DNA of 54,968 bases, from positions 1 through 54,968 of the IMG/VR virus record IMGVR_UViG_3300013005_000003. One strand, 5' to 3'. Below are positions 8,933-17,763 of the stretch, piece after piece (within the stretch, counting starts at the first letter, position 1; every line of letters begins with the position of its first letter). The notes beneath the pieces are model-generated. The model saw only the letters and a program-made list of their open reading frames with translations. It had not been told where the DNA came from and made no database searches. The position numbers were made by a program, and so were the translations under genes. The stretch is from a virus (Duplodnaviria > Caudoviricetes).

Positions 8933-8961
8933 AAATTATGCTTAAATAGGACTGCTGTCAA
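8933..8961 (-). promoter_or_regulatory. sigma70-type promoter for the capsid operon
   Basis: TTGACA-17 nt-TAATTT on the minus strand. Confidence 0.7.
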
Positions 8962-8969
8962 CAGCATAC

Positions 8970-9003
8970 AAAAAGACCCCCGCCCAGTTTCCCGAGCGGG
9001 GGT
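8970..9003 (-). terminator. intrinsic terminator
   Basis: ACCCCCGCTCGG-GAAA-CTGGGCGGGGGT followed by CTTTTT on the minus strand. Confidence 0.85.
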
Positions 9004-9043
9004 AAGTTGCCACAGCGAAGGGAAACACACTGTGGACCGGAGG

Positions 9044-9523
9044 TTAGTCCTTGAACGAAGTGACGCGCTCAAACGCCACTCCGGTGCCCTTATCCTCAAA
9101 GCGCGGCAGGTTCGGGTCGTTCTGACCGGTCCATGCCACATCCTGCAGGGTTTCGATGTTTTCCAGATCGCGCTCGCGATTGCGCTCCTCGACGTCGCGG
9201 GTCGGGCATTCACAGAGCATCAGACCACCGCGACGGATAACCATCACTTCGGTGCCTTCATAGCCCGGAAGCGGAGGTGGAACCATCTCCGGGTGACGGC
9301 CAGCGGGAACCGGCTGCCAGCCGCGGATCATGCGGTCGGTCATGTTATCGGGATCCGGCTCGTTTAGAGTCGACTCACGAACCCAAGCGTAGGTCATGCC
9401 CGCCGGGATCTTATCCTTCGGGACATAGAGCTTGGATTGGAAGTGCGTCTCAGGGCGCTTGCGCAACCCAGCTTCACGAGTTTCGGTGGCACGCGTGGTG
9501 CTAATGCGAGAAGAACGAGCCAT
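9044..9523 (-). CDS. conserved head-module protein
   Basis: GMTYAWVRES, GWQPV and RGGLMLC motifs; TAATG coupling. Confidence 0.7.
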   Translation of the reverse strand: MARSSRISTTRATETREAGLRKRPETHFQSKLYVPKDKIPAGMTYAWVRESTLNEPDPDNMTDRMIRGWQPVPAGRHPEMVPPPLPGYEGTEVMVIRRGGLMLCECPTRDVEERNRERDLENIETLQDVAWTGQNDPNLPRFEDKGTGVAFERVTSFKD

Positions 9524-10149
9524 TAGTTTGCTCCCTTTTTAGTTTTCAGGATGTAGATTGCATGATATTTTTCAGCTTCCAAGTCATTCATGCGACTGCC
9601 GTTTGGATTCCGATACGCGCCTGACTGCGCCATCTGGTGCGCCATGCGACGCTCATCAGCGCTCAGACGAATGCTCGTCGACTTCTTCGGAGGCTGCCCC
9701 GGAGCGGTGCGCTGGACGGGTGCAGCATTTGAATCACGGCTCATTGGCGGTGCCCTCTTAGTTGGAGTTGATTGCGCTGCGAACGCGTCGGGAAACTCCC
9801 GGCGCATATGGCGGTCGATCTCCGTGAAGTAGTCGAGGCTGCCAATTTCGTCATCGCGACCCTCAGCGCGGAAGCGGCGCTCTACGCGGCGTGCGTAGAG
9901 GGTGGCCTCTTCGTGCATCTCAGGATCGAAATCCTCGGACTTGGGCTGGAACCACGTATTCTTCTGGATCCAGCTTGCCGTGCGAGGCTCAAGCGTAACC
10001 TGCTGCTGCGATGGCTGAGGCGCCGCTGGCTCAACAGGGCGAGACGCCTTGTTCTGCTGCTCACGCTCCCAGTTCGTGACCGCTTCGAGGTCATTCATCG
10101 TCTTGTTGAACTGATACTGAAGATCGTCAATCTTCTCGTTGTCCATCAT
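9523..10149 (-). CDS. scaffolding-like protein, C-terminal part
   Basis: WIQKNTWF, DYFTEIDRHMRREFP and IRLSADERRMA; appears to continue 10160-10552 in another frame. Confidence 0.65.
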   Translation of the reverse strand: MMDNEKIDDLQYQFNKTMNDLEAVTNWEREQQNKASRPVEPAAPQPSQQQVTLEPRTASWIQKNTWFQPKSEDFDPEMHEEATLYARRVERRFRAEGRDDEIGSLDYFTEIDRHMRREFPDAFAAQSTPTKRAPPMSRDSNAAPVQRTAPGQPPKKSTSIRLSADERRMAHQMAQSGAYRNPNGSRMNDLEAEKYHAIYILKTKKGAN

Positions 10150-10159
10150 GGAACGAGCT

Positions 10160-10552
10160 TCAGAGCTTCTGCTTCAGGTCCATCGCAGTGACGCTCAGGT
10201 TGTTCCTGTAATGCGTCATCATCGCCTGCTCAGACTGCTCGCGCAGCTGCGACTCCTTCTGCAGACGAGCCTCCAGTGCCTGAGCGCGCTGCTCTGCCTC
10301 AGCCGCCTTACGGGCCAATTCAGAGATACGCTTCTCAGGCGAGCGACGGCGCTTGGGAGCTTCTTCCTCTTCAGGCTCTTCCTGTTCGGCTACCTCTTCA
10401 GGCGCCTCAGGCTGTTCCTCTTCGGGCTCTTCCTGCTGCTCGTAGTCCTCAAGGCTCTCGCCAAGATCCTCTTCCGTAATCTCGATATCGACGTCCTCGG
10501 TCGGACCGTCGTCGGTATACGGAAGCTCTTGATTTTCTGGATCAATAGACAT
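10160..10552 (-). CDS. scaffolding-like protein, N-terminal part
   Basis: very acidic N-terminus, then KRISELARK coiled coil; start after a GAGGAG SD. Confidence 0.65.
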   Translation of the reverse strand: MSIDPENQELPYTDDGPTEDVDIEITEEDLGESLEDYEQQEEPEEEQPEAPEEVAEQEEPEEEEAPKRRRSPEKRISELARKAAEAEQRAQALEARLQKESQLREQSEQAMMTHYRNNLSVTAMDLKQKL

Positions 10553-10562
10553 GCTTAGCTCC

Positions 10563-11024
10563 TCAGAAGTTTCCAGCAAACTTACCTGACATCACATCTT
10601 CCGGCCCGCTGATCACGGCCATCACACGGTCGTCGGGGAGCAGAGCCATCGCAACGCCGCGATAGGAAACCATCGTCGACTCGTAGCGCGGAATCAGGAT
10701 CCAATCGCCGACCTTGCACCAAGGCCCGGAACGTTCGAACTTTTCGCCCTGATAGGCTTCGGGACCAACGGCGCACACCAGCGCGGACACGGAGGAATAC
10801 TTGTCCTCGGCGCGCACGGTATCCGGCAGATACAGCGTGACTTCCGTCCCGTCTTCCTGCGTAATCGTCTTAAGCTCTTCAGGACGCACGTAAATTTTTA
10901 CGGCCACGAGGTAGCCCGCTGGCTGCATATCGAACGAACGACCCGTGATGGCCGTGAATTCTTCGTCGATCAACTCCTTAGCCAGAGCCTCTTCGTGCGG
11001 CTCGATCTTGCTCATACTCATCAA
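10563..11024 (-). CDS. groES: GroES/Cpn10-like co-chaperonin
   Basis: QPAGYLVAVK, LYLPD, VCAVGPEAY, WCKVGDWIL and LLPDDRVMAVI. Confidence 0.85.
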   Translation of the reverse strand: MMSMSKIEPHEEALAKELIDEEFTAITGRSFDMQPAGYLVAVKIYVRPEELKTITQEDGTEVTLYLPDTVRAEDKYSSVSALVCAVGPEAYQGEKFERSGPWCKVGDWILIPRYESTMVSYRGVAMALLPDDRVMAVISGPEDVMSGKFAGNF

Positions 11025-11302
11025 TACATACTCCCTTTTCTGGTATCCGGTTTTTTATCGTCGTCTGGCTGCAACATACGCTTGTACTCGTCGTTGATGA
11101 CGCTAATCGCAGCCGTGTAGGCGCGCACCAACGCATTACCCTCCAGAACCTGAAGGGCAATCTCTTCTGCCGTCAGCGCAGGGATGTGCTTCTCCCCGAA
11201 GCTCGACGGCCTAAAACGGACATTAAGACTATATTCGGTGGCGCGGTCGCGCAGTTCGCCTATGCGCTCAATCGCGCGGCGCCCGAGTTCCTCGGCTGAC
11301 AT
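11021..11302 (-). CDS. hypothetical protein
   Basis: ATGA-coupled; GGAGAG SD. Confidence 0.65.
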   Translation of the reverse strand: MSAEELGRRAIERIGELRDRATEYSLNVRFRPSSFGEKHIPALTAEEIALQVLEGNALVRAYTAAISVINDEYKRMLQPDDDKKPDTRKGSMY

Positions 11303-11450
11303 TCACACTCTCCGGTAGTTTTTTGTAACTCTTTGTTGCAGCAGTGAATTCTTTGCCCACTTTCTGCGAAATTCCAACCTTCTTAGCGAAGGCCGGGTTA
11401 TGCGCGGCTGCACTCATCAAGCGATACTGACGCTTTGATCTTGCAGGCAC
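11268..11450 (-). CDS. small basic protein
   Basis: MPARSKRQYRLMSAAAHNPAFAKKVGISQKVGKEF, a type common in phage head modules. Confidence 0.7.
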   Translation of the reverse strand: MPARSKRQYRLMSAAAHNPAFAKKVGISQKVGKEFTAATKSYKKLPESVNVSRGTRAPRD

Positions 11451-11466
11451 AGCCGCGCACTCGCCC

Positions 11467-13008
11467 TTATTTGCCGCGCATCTTGTTCATGACGTCGATG
11501 ATGTTGCCCTCAGGCGTCATCATGCCCTTGCGGACCTTCGCAGCGCCGCCCTGAGCCTTCTTGATCGGCGCCTGACCCTTGCGCGTCTTACCAGCGCCGC
11601 CAGCTGCGTAGCCCATCGGAGAGCCGCCACCCATGTAACCCATCGGGTCACCGCCCATAGCCATAGCACGCGTCACCTTCGACGCTTCCATGTCCTTCGA
11701 GCCAGCAGCCATCGCGCCGCCATTCATCTTCTTGGCCGGCTTCATCGGCTTACCAATGGCGATCATGACAGCCAGACTGTTCTTCGGCTTGGCTTCCTTG
11801 ACCTTGCCGCCCTTCTTGTAGCCCGGGTTCATCGTCATATCGACAAACTGAGATACCAAATCGGGATTGGCCTTGCGGCCAGCCTCAAGGGATCTCTTCT
11901 TGCGCTCCTGTTCCGCCCTATAGCCAGACATCTTGCGCACATTTTCAGCTTCAGCACGAACCGCCTCGCGGGCTTGCTCCATGTTCATTGGAGATCCGAA
12001 CAAACCTCGGTCTTTGGCCATTAGCTTTTTAGCTTCAGCGTCAAGATTGAAGCCGGTGTTGAGGTTGCGAATAACCGAAGACATGGGTGAGCCCGTGTTA
12101 ACCGGCTTGTTCGCAGGGGCGGCAGGCGGATTGCCACGAGTCGGGGCGGCAGCAGCAGGCGCATTCCCGCGCGTGGCAGGCGCCGGAGCAGCAGCTGGAG
12201 CGGCAGCGCGAGTCGGAGCCGGAGCAGCCGCGCGAGTCGGAGCAGCCTTCGACGTTTCACCCGCCATCTTGGTGTTGTAGGTGTTACCCCGCCAAGTGAA
12301 GACGCCATTCGGGCCCTGATCGCGGCGCGCTTCAGCAAAGGCTTCCTTGAACGACTTGCCCTTCGCCGCTTCGGAAGTTTCCTTGGCGCGCACAGTGTTC
12401 AGGTTGCGGGCTTCCGCCACCCTGTTCTCAAGATTCGGTAGCGGGGCACGGGGCCGGGACATTTCCTCCAGACCCTTCATGTCGAGCTCAACGGGCTTAA
12501 CCTTGCCGCCCTTTCTCATGCCGCCCATCTCGGTGGCCAGCTTGCGTGCGGTATCCGACGACGTCTGAACGCCGCCCTTAGCGAAACCCTTAACGCCGCG
12601 CCCCTTGAGGACATCGGCCCGAGTGACCTTACCATCACCGGTAAGATCGGGCATCTTACCGCCCTCAGCCATCCTCATCTTGCGCATCTCAGCGCCTTCT
12701 TCGCGCGCCATGCGGTTGCCCGACTTCACGGACTCTGCAGGCGACGGCATCGGACGCTTCTTCTTCTCCATCATCTCCATGAACCGCATCTCATCGGCTT
12801 CTTCACGCGCCATGCGGTTCCCAGAAGCTGCGCTCTCAGCAGGCGTCGGCATCTTCTTCACCGGACCGCCAACCTTATAGGTCGGGATCGGGCGAGCGTT
12901 CGCGCGCTGCTGCAGCGCCTTCGCACCGTTCGGCTGGTTCGGCATGGGCTCAGCAATCGCCGGGCCGAAAATCGCACGAGCCTTGGCCCGCATATCAGTC
13001 GTCTTCAT
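11467..13008 (-). CDS. basic Met/Lys-rich modular protein with ten xxxGG motifs
   Basis: 513 aa, directly after portal; internal duplications and DLTGDGKV loop. Confidence 0.8.
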   Translation of the reverse strand: MKTTDMRAKARAIFGPAIAEPMPNQPNGAKALQQRANARPIPTYKVGGPVKKMPTPAESAASGNRMAREEADEMRFMEMMEKKKRPMPSPAESVKSGNRMAREEGAEMRKMRMAEGGKMPDLTGDGKVTRADVLKGRGVKGFAKGGVQTSSDTARKLATEMGGMRKGGKVKPVELDMKGLEEMSRPRAPLPNLENRVAEARNLNTVRAKETSEAAKGKSFKEAFAEARRDQGPNGVFTWRGNTYNTKMAGETSKAAPTRAAAPAPTRAAAPAAAPAPATRGNAPAAAAPTRGNPPAAPANKPVNTGSPMSSVIRNLNTGFNLDAEAKKLMAKDRGLFGSPMNMEQAREAVRAEAENVRKMSGYRAEQERKKRSLEAGRKANPDLVSQFVDMTMNPGYKKGGKVKEAKPKNSLAVMIAIGKPMKPAKKMNGGAMAAGSKDMEASKVTRAMAMGGDPMGYMGGGSPMGYAAGGAGKTRKGQAPIKKAQGGAAKVRKGMMTPEGNIIDVMNKMRGK

Positions 13009-15368
13009 TGAAAACCTCCAAGGTTCCGCAGGGCCTCCGACTGCAGCTTCATTGCCGCAATCTTCTCTCTCGATGCGCGATTCGCCGCGTCAGTCTGAGC
13101 TTCCATCTGAGCCTTCGCAAGCTCCACCTGAGCATCACGCTCATTATCCGCCTGTTTGATCTGCAGCTTCTGCATCTCAACCTGCGCCATCTGATCGACC
13201 TCAGGCTGCGGCTTATACATCGGCGCCAGCTGCTGCATAGCCTGCGCAACCATGACCGCCAGCTGGTTCTCAAGCTCCGGAGGCATCGGCATGCCCGGAG
13301 GCGGCAGCGGCTGACCAATGATCTGCTCAACCTGCTGACGCATCTTCAGCGCCAAGTGCTCGTTAATGTGCGCCTGCAGAATCGGATTATCCTGCGCAAT
13401 CGGCGCGTGTGCCGCGATGTGCGCGTCGTGATCCTGATACGCACCCGCCACCAGCGGCATGCCCACAATCGCGTTCTGGTTCTCCGTCAGCGGATCCAAC
13501 GGACGCGGCTTCTGACGCTCCGGCGCCAGAATCAATTCAATCTTCTCAGGCGCAACGCCCATCTCGACGTACATCTGCCGATACGCTTCCCGCAGATTGT
13601 GCTGATCCGGCTGCTGCGTCGCAAACCGCAGCAACGCCTCCGCCCGCATCATCCGCTGGGCCGACGACGAAATGTTCGGATCCGACACCGGGATCACGTC
13701 GATGTTATTCGCGAAATCCTCGCGCATAATCGCCGCCATGCCGCCCCGAACCGGGAACGGATACGGCTCATCCGGCAGATACTTCCCGAACAGATCCGCA
13801 ATCAGCTTCAGTTCGCGGCTAAACGCCCTGTGGCAGCGCTTCAGCGTCGCCGACTGCAGACGGGTCGCCGCCTCCATCAACGCCACTGTCGTGCCTACAG
13901 GCGCATCCTGACGCCCCTCGCCGACCGCAATCTCCGTCGTGTTCGCCAGATTCCGGGCGGCTTCGTAGGTTTCCTTCAGCAGCGCCAGCGATACCTGTGA
14001 CGGCTCCTTATACGGCATCGTCATGATCGCGTTCTGGATCGGCAAGCCGCCGGTATCGATCTCACGGAACTCCGTCGGACCAATCCCAATGTTATTGTCC
14101 TCCAGCCGCATGCCCTTCACGCGCAAGCCGCCCGGGAAGTTATTCAGCGTGCCCGCATCAATCAGCTGACGGCGGATCGACGTCGCCGTCTTCGCCGAAT
14201 TCCCCAGCAAGTGCGCATAACCCAGACCGTAAAACCCCACCCCCGGCATGAACTTATAGTGCGTGAACGGGTTCTTCCGCTGAAACGTCGGATCCCCCTC
14301 GTCGTAGTTCCGATAAACCGACAGAACCTTCCGGGTCCCCTCTTCAATCGTCACGACATACGGCAGCGGGATGCCATCCTCGTTCTCATACCCCACAAGG
14401 TTCAGATCCGCGTACACTTCGTAGATCCGGTACTCCTCAGTGCCCTCAGCACCCGGCTCCACGCCCTGAACGCCGTCCACTTCCGCCTGAATCGGCGTCT
14501 GCGAGCTATCGTCCGCCTGCGGATCACCCAGATCGATGTCCCGATACACGCCCGCCAGCTGCGCCAACCGGAAATTCCGGCGCGTCATCGGCGTGATGTG
14601 GCAGAACCGCGGCGACGTCGCCAAATCCGTCGTGCCATACGACGCGATGAAGTTATCCGGCAGCACGAAACGGCTCACCGGACGCCCCAGAAGCCGATCC
14701 TGATACGTCTTCTTGAACGTCGAACCCACCAGCGGCAGCCAAAACAGCATCTGGTCGAATTCTTCGTAGAATTCCGGCGCCAATTCCGTCAGGTACAGGT
14801 TCATAAACTGCTGCACCCGGGACGCCTGCGCCTCCAGCTGCTCGTTCGCGACCCCAATCACCTGCGTTTTCACCGGTCCAGCCGCCGGCATCAACTCACC
14901 AGCGGCCACAGCCTGCCAGCGCACCACAGCCTCAGCCATCAGCGGGTCATAGACGCCGCACGCACCCTTAAACGGCATCGTGCGGTCCTCAATCTTCAGA
15001 CCCATCAGCTTGATGCCCTCAGACATCGTCGCTTCCCAGTCCCCACGCGACTGCTTGTCTTCCTCGACACCGCTCAGCAACGTCTCGCCGAGCGTGTTCA
15101 TGTCCATATCGTCCATGTACAACGCCAGATTCGCGTCAAACGGCGCATCTTCCAGCCGCTCGACCTCCGGCTCGAAATCAATTTCGACCCCGCCGTCGTC
15201 CAGTTCCGTGAACTCCGCGCCGTCAACCATCGCCGGGCCGTCGTCGTCGATCTCAATATCGGCGGCATCCAACGGCAAATCCACATCGACGCCGCCAATT
15301 CCCTCGAACGCAGGGCGGAGCGTGTCAGCGAGCGATGTCGGTCTGCGTGCCATAGTCCACCTTACCAA
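13005..15368 (-). CDS. portal protein
   Basis: 787 aa after TerL; GSTFKK, GFYGLG, RQLIDAGTLNN, APVGTTVAL and VSDPN; Gln-rich coiled C-terminus. Confidence 0.9.
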   Translation of the reverse strand: MVRWTMARRPTSLADTLRPAFEGIGGVDVDLPLDAADIEIDDDGPAMVDGAEFTELDDGGVEIDFEPEVERLEDAPFDANLALYMDDMDMNTLGETLLSGVEEDKQSRGDWEATMSEGIKLMGLKIEDRTMPFKGACGVYDPLMAEAVVRWQAVAAGELMPAAGPVKTQVIGVANEQLEAQASRVQQFMNLYLTELAPEFYEEFDQMLFWLPLVGSTFKKTYQDRLLGRPVSRFVLPDNFIASYGTTDLATSPRFCHITPMTRRNFRLAQLAGVYRDIDLGDPQADDSSQTPIQAEVDGVQGVEPGAEGTEEYRIYEVYADLNLVGYENEDGIPLPYVVTIEEGTRKVLSVYRNYDEGDPTFQRKNPFTHYKFMPGVGFYGLGYAHLLGNSAKTATSIRRQLIDAGTLNNFPGGLRVKGMRLEDNNIGIGPTEFREIDTGGLPIQNAIMTMPYKEPSQVSLALLKETYEAARNLANTTEIAVGEGRQDAPVGTTVALMEAATRLQSATLKRCHRAFSRELKLIADLFGKYLPDEPYPFPVRGGMAAIMREDFANNIDVIPVSDPNISSSAQRMMRAEALLRFATQQPDQHNLREAYRQMYVEMGVAPEKIELILAPERQKPRPLDPLTENQNAIVGMPLVAGAYQDHDAHIAAHAPIAQDNPILQAHINEHLALKMRQQVEQIIGQPLPPPGMPMPPELENQLAVMVAQAMQQLAPMYKPQPEVDQMAQVEMQKLQIKQADNERDAQVELAKAQMEAQTDAANRASREKIAAMKLQSEALRNLGGFQ

Positions 15369-16897
15369 TAGAAGCTTACAGGTTCAAGCGGCGTGTCATA
15401 CACGGGTTCATACGGATCTTCCGTGTTCGCCACCCAGCCACTCTGCTTAATCCGCAAAAACGCCATCGTCATCGTGTCGACCCAGTCCCGCGAATCCGCC
15501 GCCGGAAATTGCACGCACTGCTCCATAAAATCCCGCGCCCACGGCCTCAACTGATCCGGCGAATTCTTCATCGTCGGCAGCCATACCCGACCGTTCTCAA
15601 TCAAATCCGTCACCAGCCGCACACGCGCAATCTTATCGCCGAACTTATCCGGGTTAAACGGCGTCGCCACAATCCCGGCCCGACCCAGATCCTGTATCAG
15701 CATCTGACCGTTCGCCTTCGCCTCCACCAGCACCGTATCCGGCGCCCGCTCCCGCGATGCCTTGATCGGCAGCTTATAGTTATCGTCCCGGTAATCCGTC
15801 GCCATCCGCTGCACCATGCGCCTCAGAATCGGCCACTCAGCCCGCTCCCGCCACACACTCAGCAAAATCAGGTTTGGAATCCCATTGTCGTCGTCAAACA
15901 CACCCCACGTCGTCGACGCGCTAAACGCCGACGTCTTGTTCGCCGTCAGCGCCGTGTCCCATGCCTGCAAAACATACTTCACCTTCGGCGGCTCGGGGGA
16001 GCGCCACCACTTAAACCACGTCTGATCGATGATACCCCCATCATCAACCACCGGGTTCTGCTGATACAACGACGACCAGATCCTAGACGTCGTCGATGGC
16101 TGGCGGCGGATATTCTCAAGTTCCTCTTTCGGGAACTGCTCCGGCCACAGTGCATCCCCGGGCTTGCGCCCAAGAATGTCCTTATCCACCGCCATAGCGG
16201 GCAATATCACCCGCTCCCACTTCTCCCCCTCACCATCCCTCTCCGCCTGATCCAGACGACCCATGTGGTCACCCAGATGCCAGCGCGTCCCAATCAAAAC
16301 TATCGGCGTGTCCTTGTTCTTCCGGCGCGTGAAAAAATCCGCGCCATACCACGACCACAACTTGTTACGCTCACTCTCACTCTCCGCCGCCTGAATCCCA
16401 GACAGCAAATCGTCCCCAATCAATATGTCCCCACGACGACCCGTCACGTTCGCCCCAACCGCGGTCGCGTGATAACCACCACTCCCAGTCGTCATCCACT
16501 CCCCAGCCGCCGTCTTGTCCGCGCTGATCCCAACGCCCGGGAACAGCCGCCGATGCTCGTCACCCTTGATGACGTTGCGCACCTTCAAACCAAACGAATC
16601 CGACAACTCCTGCTTGTGTGTCGCAAAAATCACATTCCGGTCAGGGTTCTTCGACAGATAATACGCCGGGAAATAGTGAGACGCCGCAAACGACTTCCCG
16701 TGACCCGGAGGCATGCTGATCATCAAACGGCGAATCTCACCCCGCGCAACCGCATCCAGCTTCTCACACACCAACCGCAAATGCGGCGGCGGCGTCAACC
16801 CACTCACATACTCAACATACTTCGCAAACGACGATATCGCCTCCTCGCGGGAAACCAACTCCGCCAGCAATTCATCCAGCGTCAGGTCGTCGTTCAT
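15362..16897 (-). CDS. terL: terminase large subunit
   Basis: MPPGHGKS Walker A, ILIGDD Walker B, GTRWH, YQQNP, QAWDTA and DWVD nuclease residues. Confidence 0.95.
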   Translation of the reverse strand: MNDDLTLDELLAELVSREEAISSFAKYVEYVSGLTPPPHLRLVCEKLDAVARGEIRRLMISMPPGHGKSFAASHYFPAYYLSKNPDRNVIFATHKQELSDSFGLKVRNVIKGDEHRRLFPGVGISADKTAAGEWMTTGSGGYHATAVGANVTGRRGDILIGDDLLSGIQAAESESERNKLWSWYGADFFTRRKNKDTPIVLIGTRWHLGDHMGRLDQAERDGEGEKWERVILPAMAVDKDILGRKPGDALWPEQFPKEELENIRRQPSTTSRIWSSLYQQNPVVDDGGIIDQTWFKWWRSPEPPKVKYVLQAWDTALTANKTSAFSASTTWGVFDDDNGIPNLILLSVWRERAEWPILRRMVQRMATDYRDDNYKLPIKASRERAPDTVLVEAKANGQMLIQDLGRAGIVATPFNPDKFGDKIARVRLVTDLIENGRVWLPTMKNSPDQLRPWARDFMEQCVQFPAADSRDWVDTMTMAFLRIKQSGWVANTEDPYEPVYDTPLEPVSFYW

Positions 16898-17251
16898 CTA
16901 AACAGCCAAATCCAAGGGCAGAAACTCAACCCAGTTTTTAACGGTTTTTTCCGTTGCACCCACCGCCACGCCGCACTCTCTCCAAGTCGACCCCTGCCTG
17001 CGCATAATCACAATCCGCCTTATCTTCGCTGGGCTGCTTTTACCGCCTAACCTGCAGTTGCCGCCCCGAAACCATTTTTCGTAATCAGCCAATGGCAGAA
17101 TAGGCTTCGCCTGTATCGCAATTCTACTCCCGTTGTGAGGCGCAGAAATTATCAAACCCGAACTCTTGGTAACAGCAGGACTGTATATCCTGTTACCCAA
17201 ATACATTCTGGCAATCGTGCCGTTTCTCATCCCAGTCAGACGCTGCGTCAT
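16898..17251 (-). CDS. hypothetical protein with C-terminal HTH
   Basis: GSTWRECGVAVGATEKTVKNW; ATGA overlap with terS. Confidence 0.55.
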   Translation of the reverse strand: MTQRLTGMRNGTIARMYLGNRIYSPAVTKSSGLIISAPHNGSRIAIQAKPILPLADYEKWFRGGNCRLGGKSSPAKIRRIVIMRRQGSTWRECGVAVGATEKTVKNWVEFLPLDLAV

Positions 17252-17763
17252 ACATCATCTCCAATGCCCCGGACCAACGTCCCCTCAATCACCTTCACCG
17301 GCCTCGCCCGATCCGCAACCATCGCCCTGAGCGTCGCCAAATCCAGATCCTTCGCGCTCACCGAGTGGTTCACATTCACCGTCTGATCCAACATCCCCAG
17401 CAACTGTGCCTGCGTCTTCACAGCACTAATCGCACTCGGATACGCACCCTTGTCCATCGCCGCCTGAACAACAGCCTGCAACTCATCCAAAAACAAATCC
17501 CGCGTGTATTCCCGGCGCTCAACATCAACACCCGAAGCCTCAGCCGCCATAATCAAACGCTGAACCTCAGGCCGCGCCAATTGCCTCGATGCAACAATCG
17601 ACATGTTCAACTCAGGACTCGTAATCCCAGCCCTGACGCACGCAATCTCAGCCGCGTTCCCCTTCTTCAGCGCACGCTGCTCAACATAAACACGCGCGAA
17701 AATCGCGTCCCGCTCCTCAGCGGTTATCGTGTCTAAATCATCCATGCCAGCAAACATAATCAT
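17248..17763 (-). CDS. terS: terminase small subunit
   Basis: FARVYV..ACVRAG..ASRQLARPEV HTH; SAISAVKTQAQLLGM; position upstream of terL. Confidence 0.75.
   Translation of the reverse strand: MIMFAGMDDLDTITAEERDAIFARVYVEQRALKKGNAAEIACVRAGITSPELNMSIVASRQLARPEVQRLIMAAEASGVDVERREYTRDLFLDELQAVVQAAMDKGAYPSAISAVKTQAQLLGMLDQTVNVNHSVSAKDLDLATLRAMVADRARPVKVIEGTLVRGIGDDV

Noticed and set aside
8708-9213. Short ORFs across the capsid leader (8708-8890, 8893-9213) and the 18-codon N-terminal extension of 8191-8841
   Set aside because: They cross a terminator, promoter and hairpins, and lack an SD; the SD-supported start is 8787.
13008-17050. Long plus-strand ORFs (330, 386 and 513 aa) opposite portal and terL
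   Set aside because: Antisense shadows of GC-rich genes with biased codon use; His/Arg-rich translations with no recognisable motifs.
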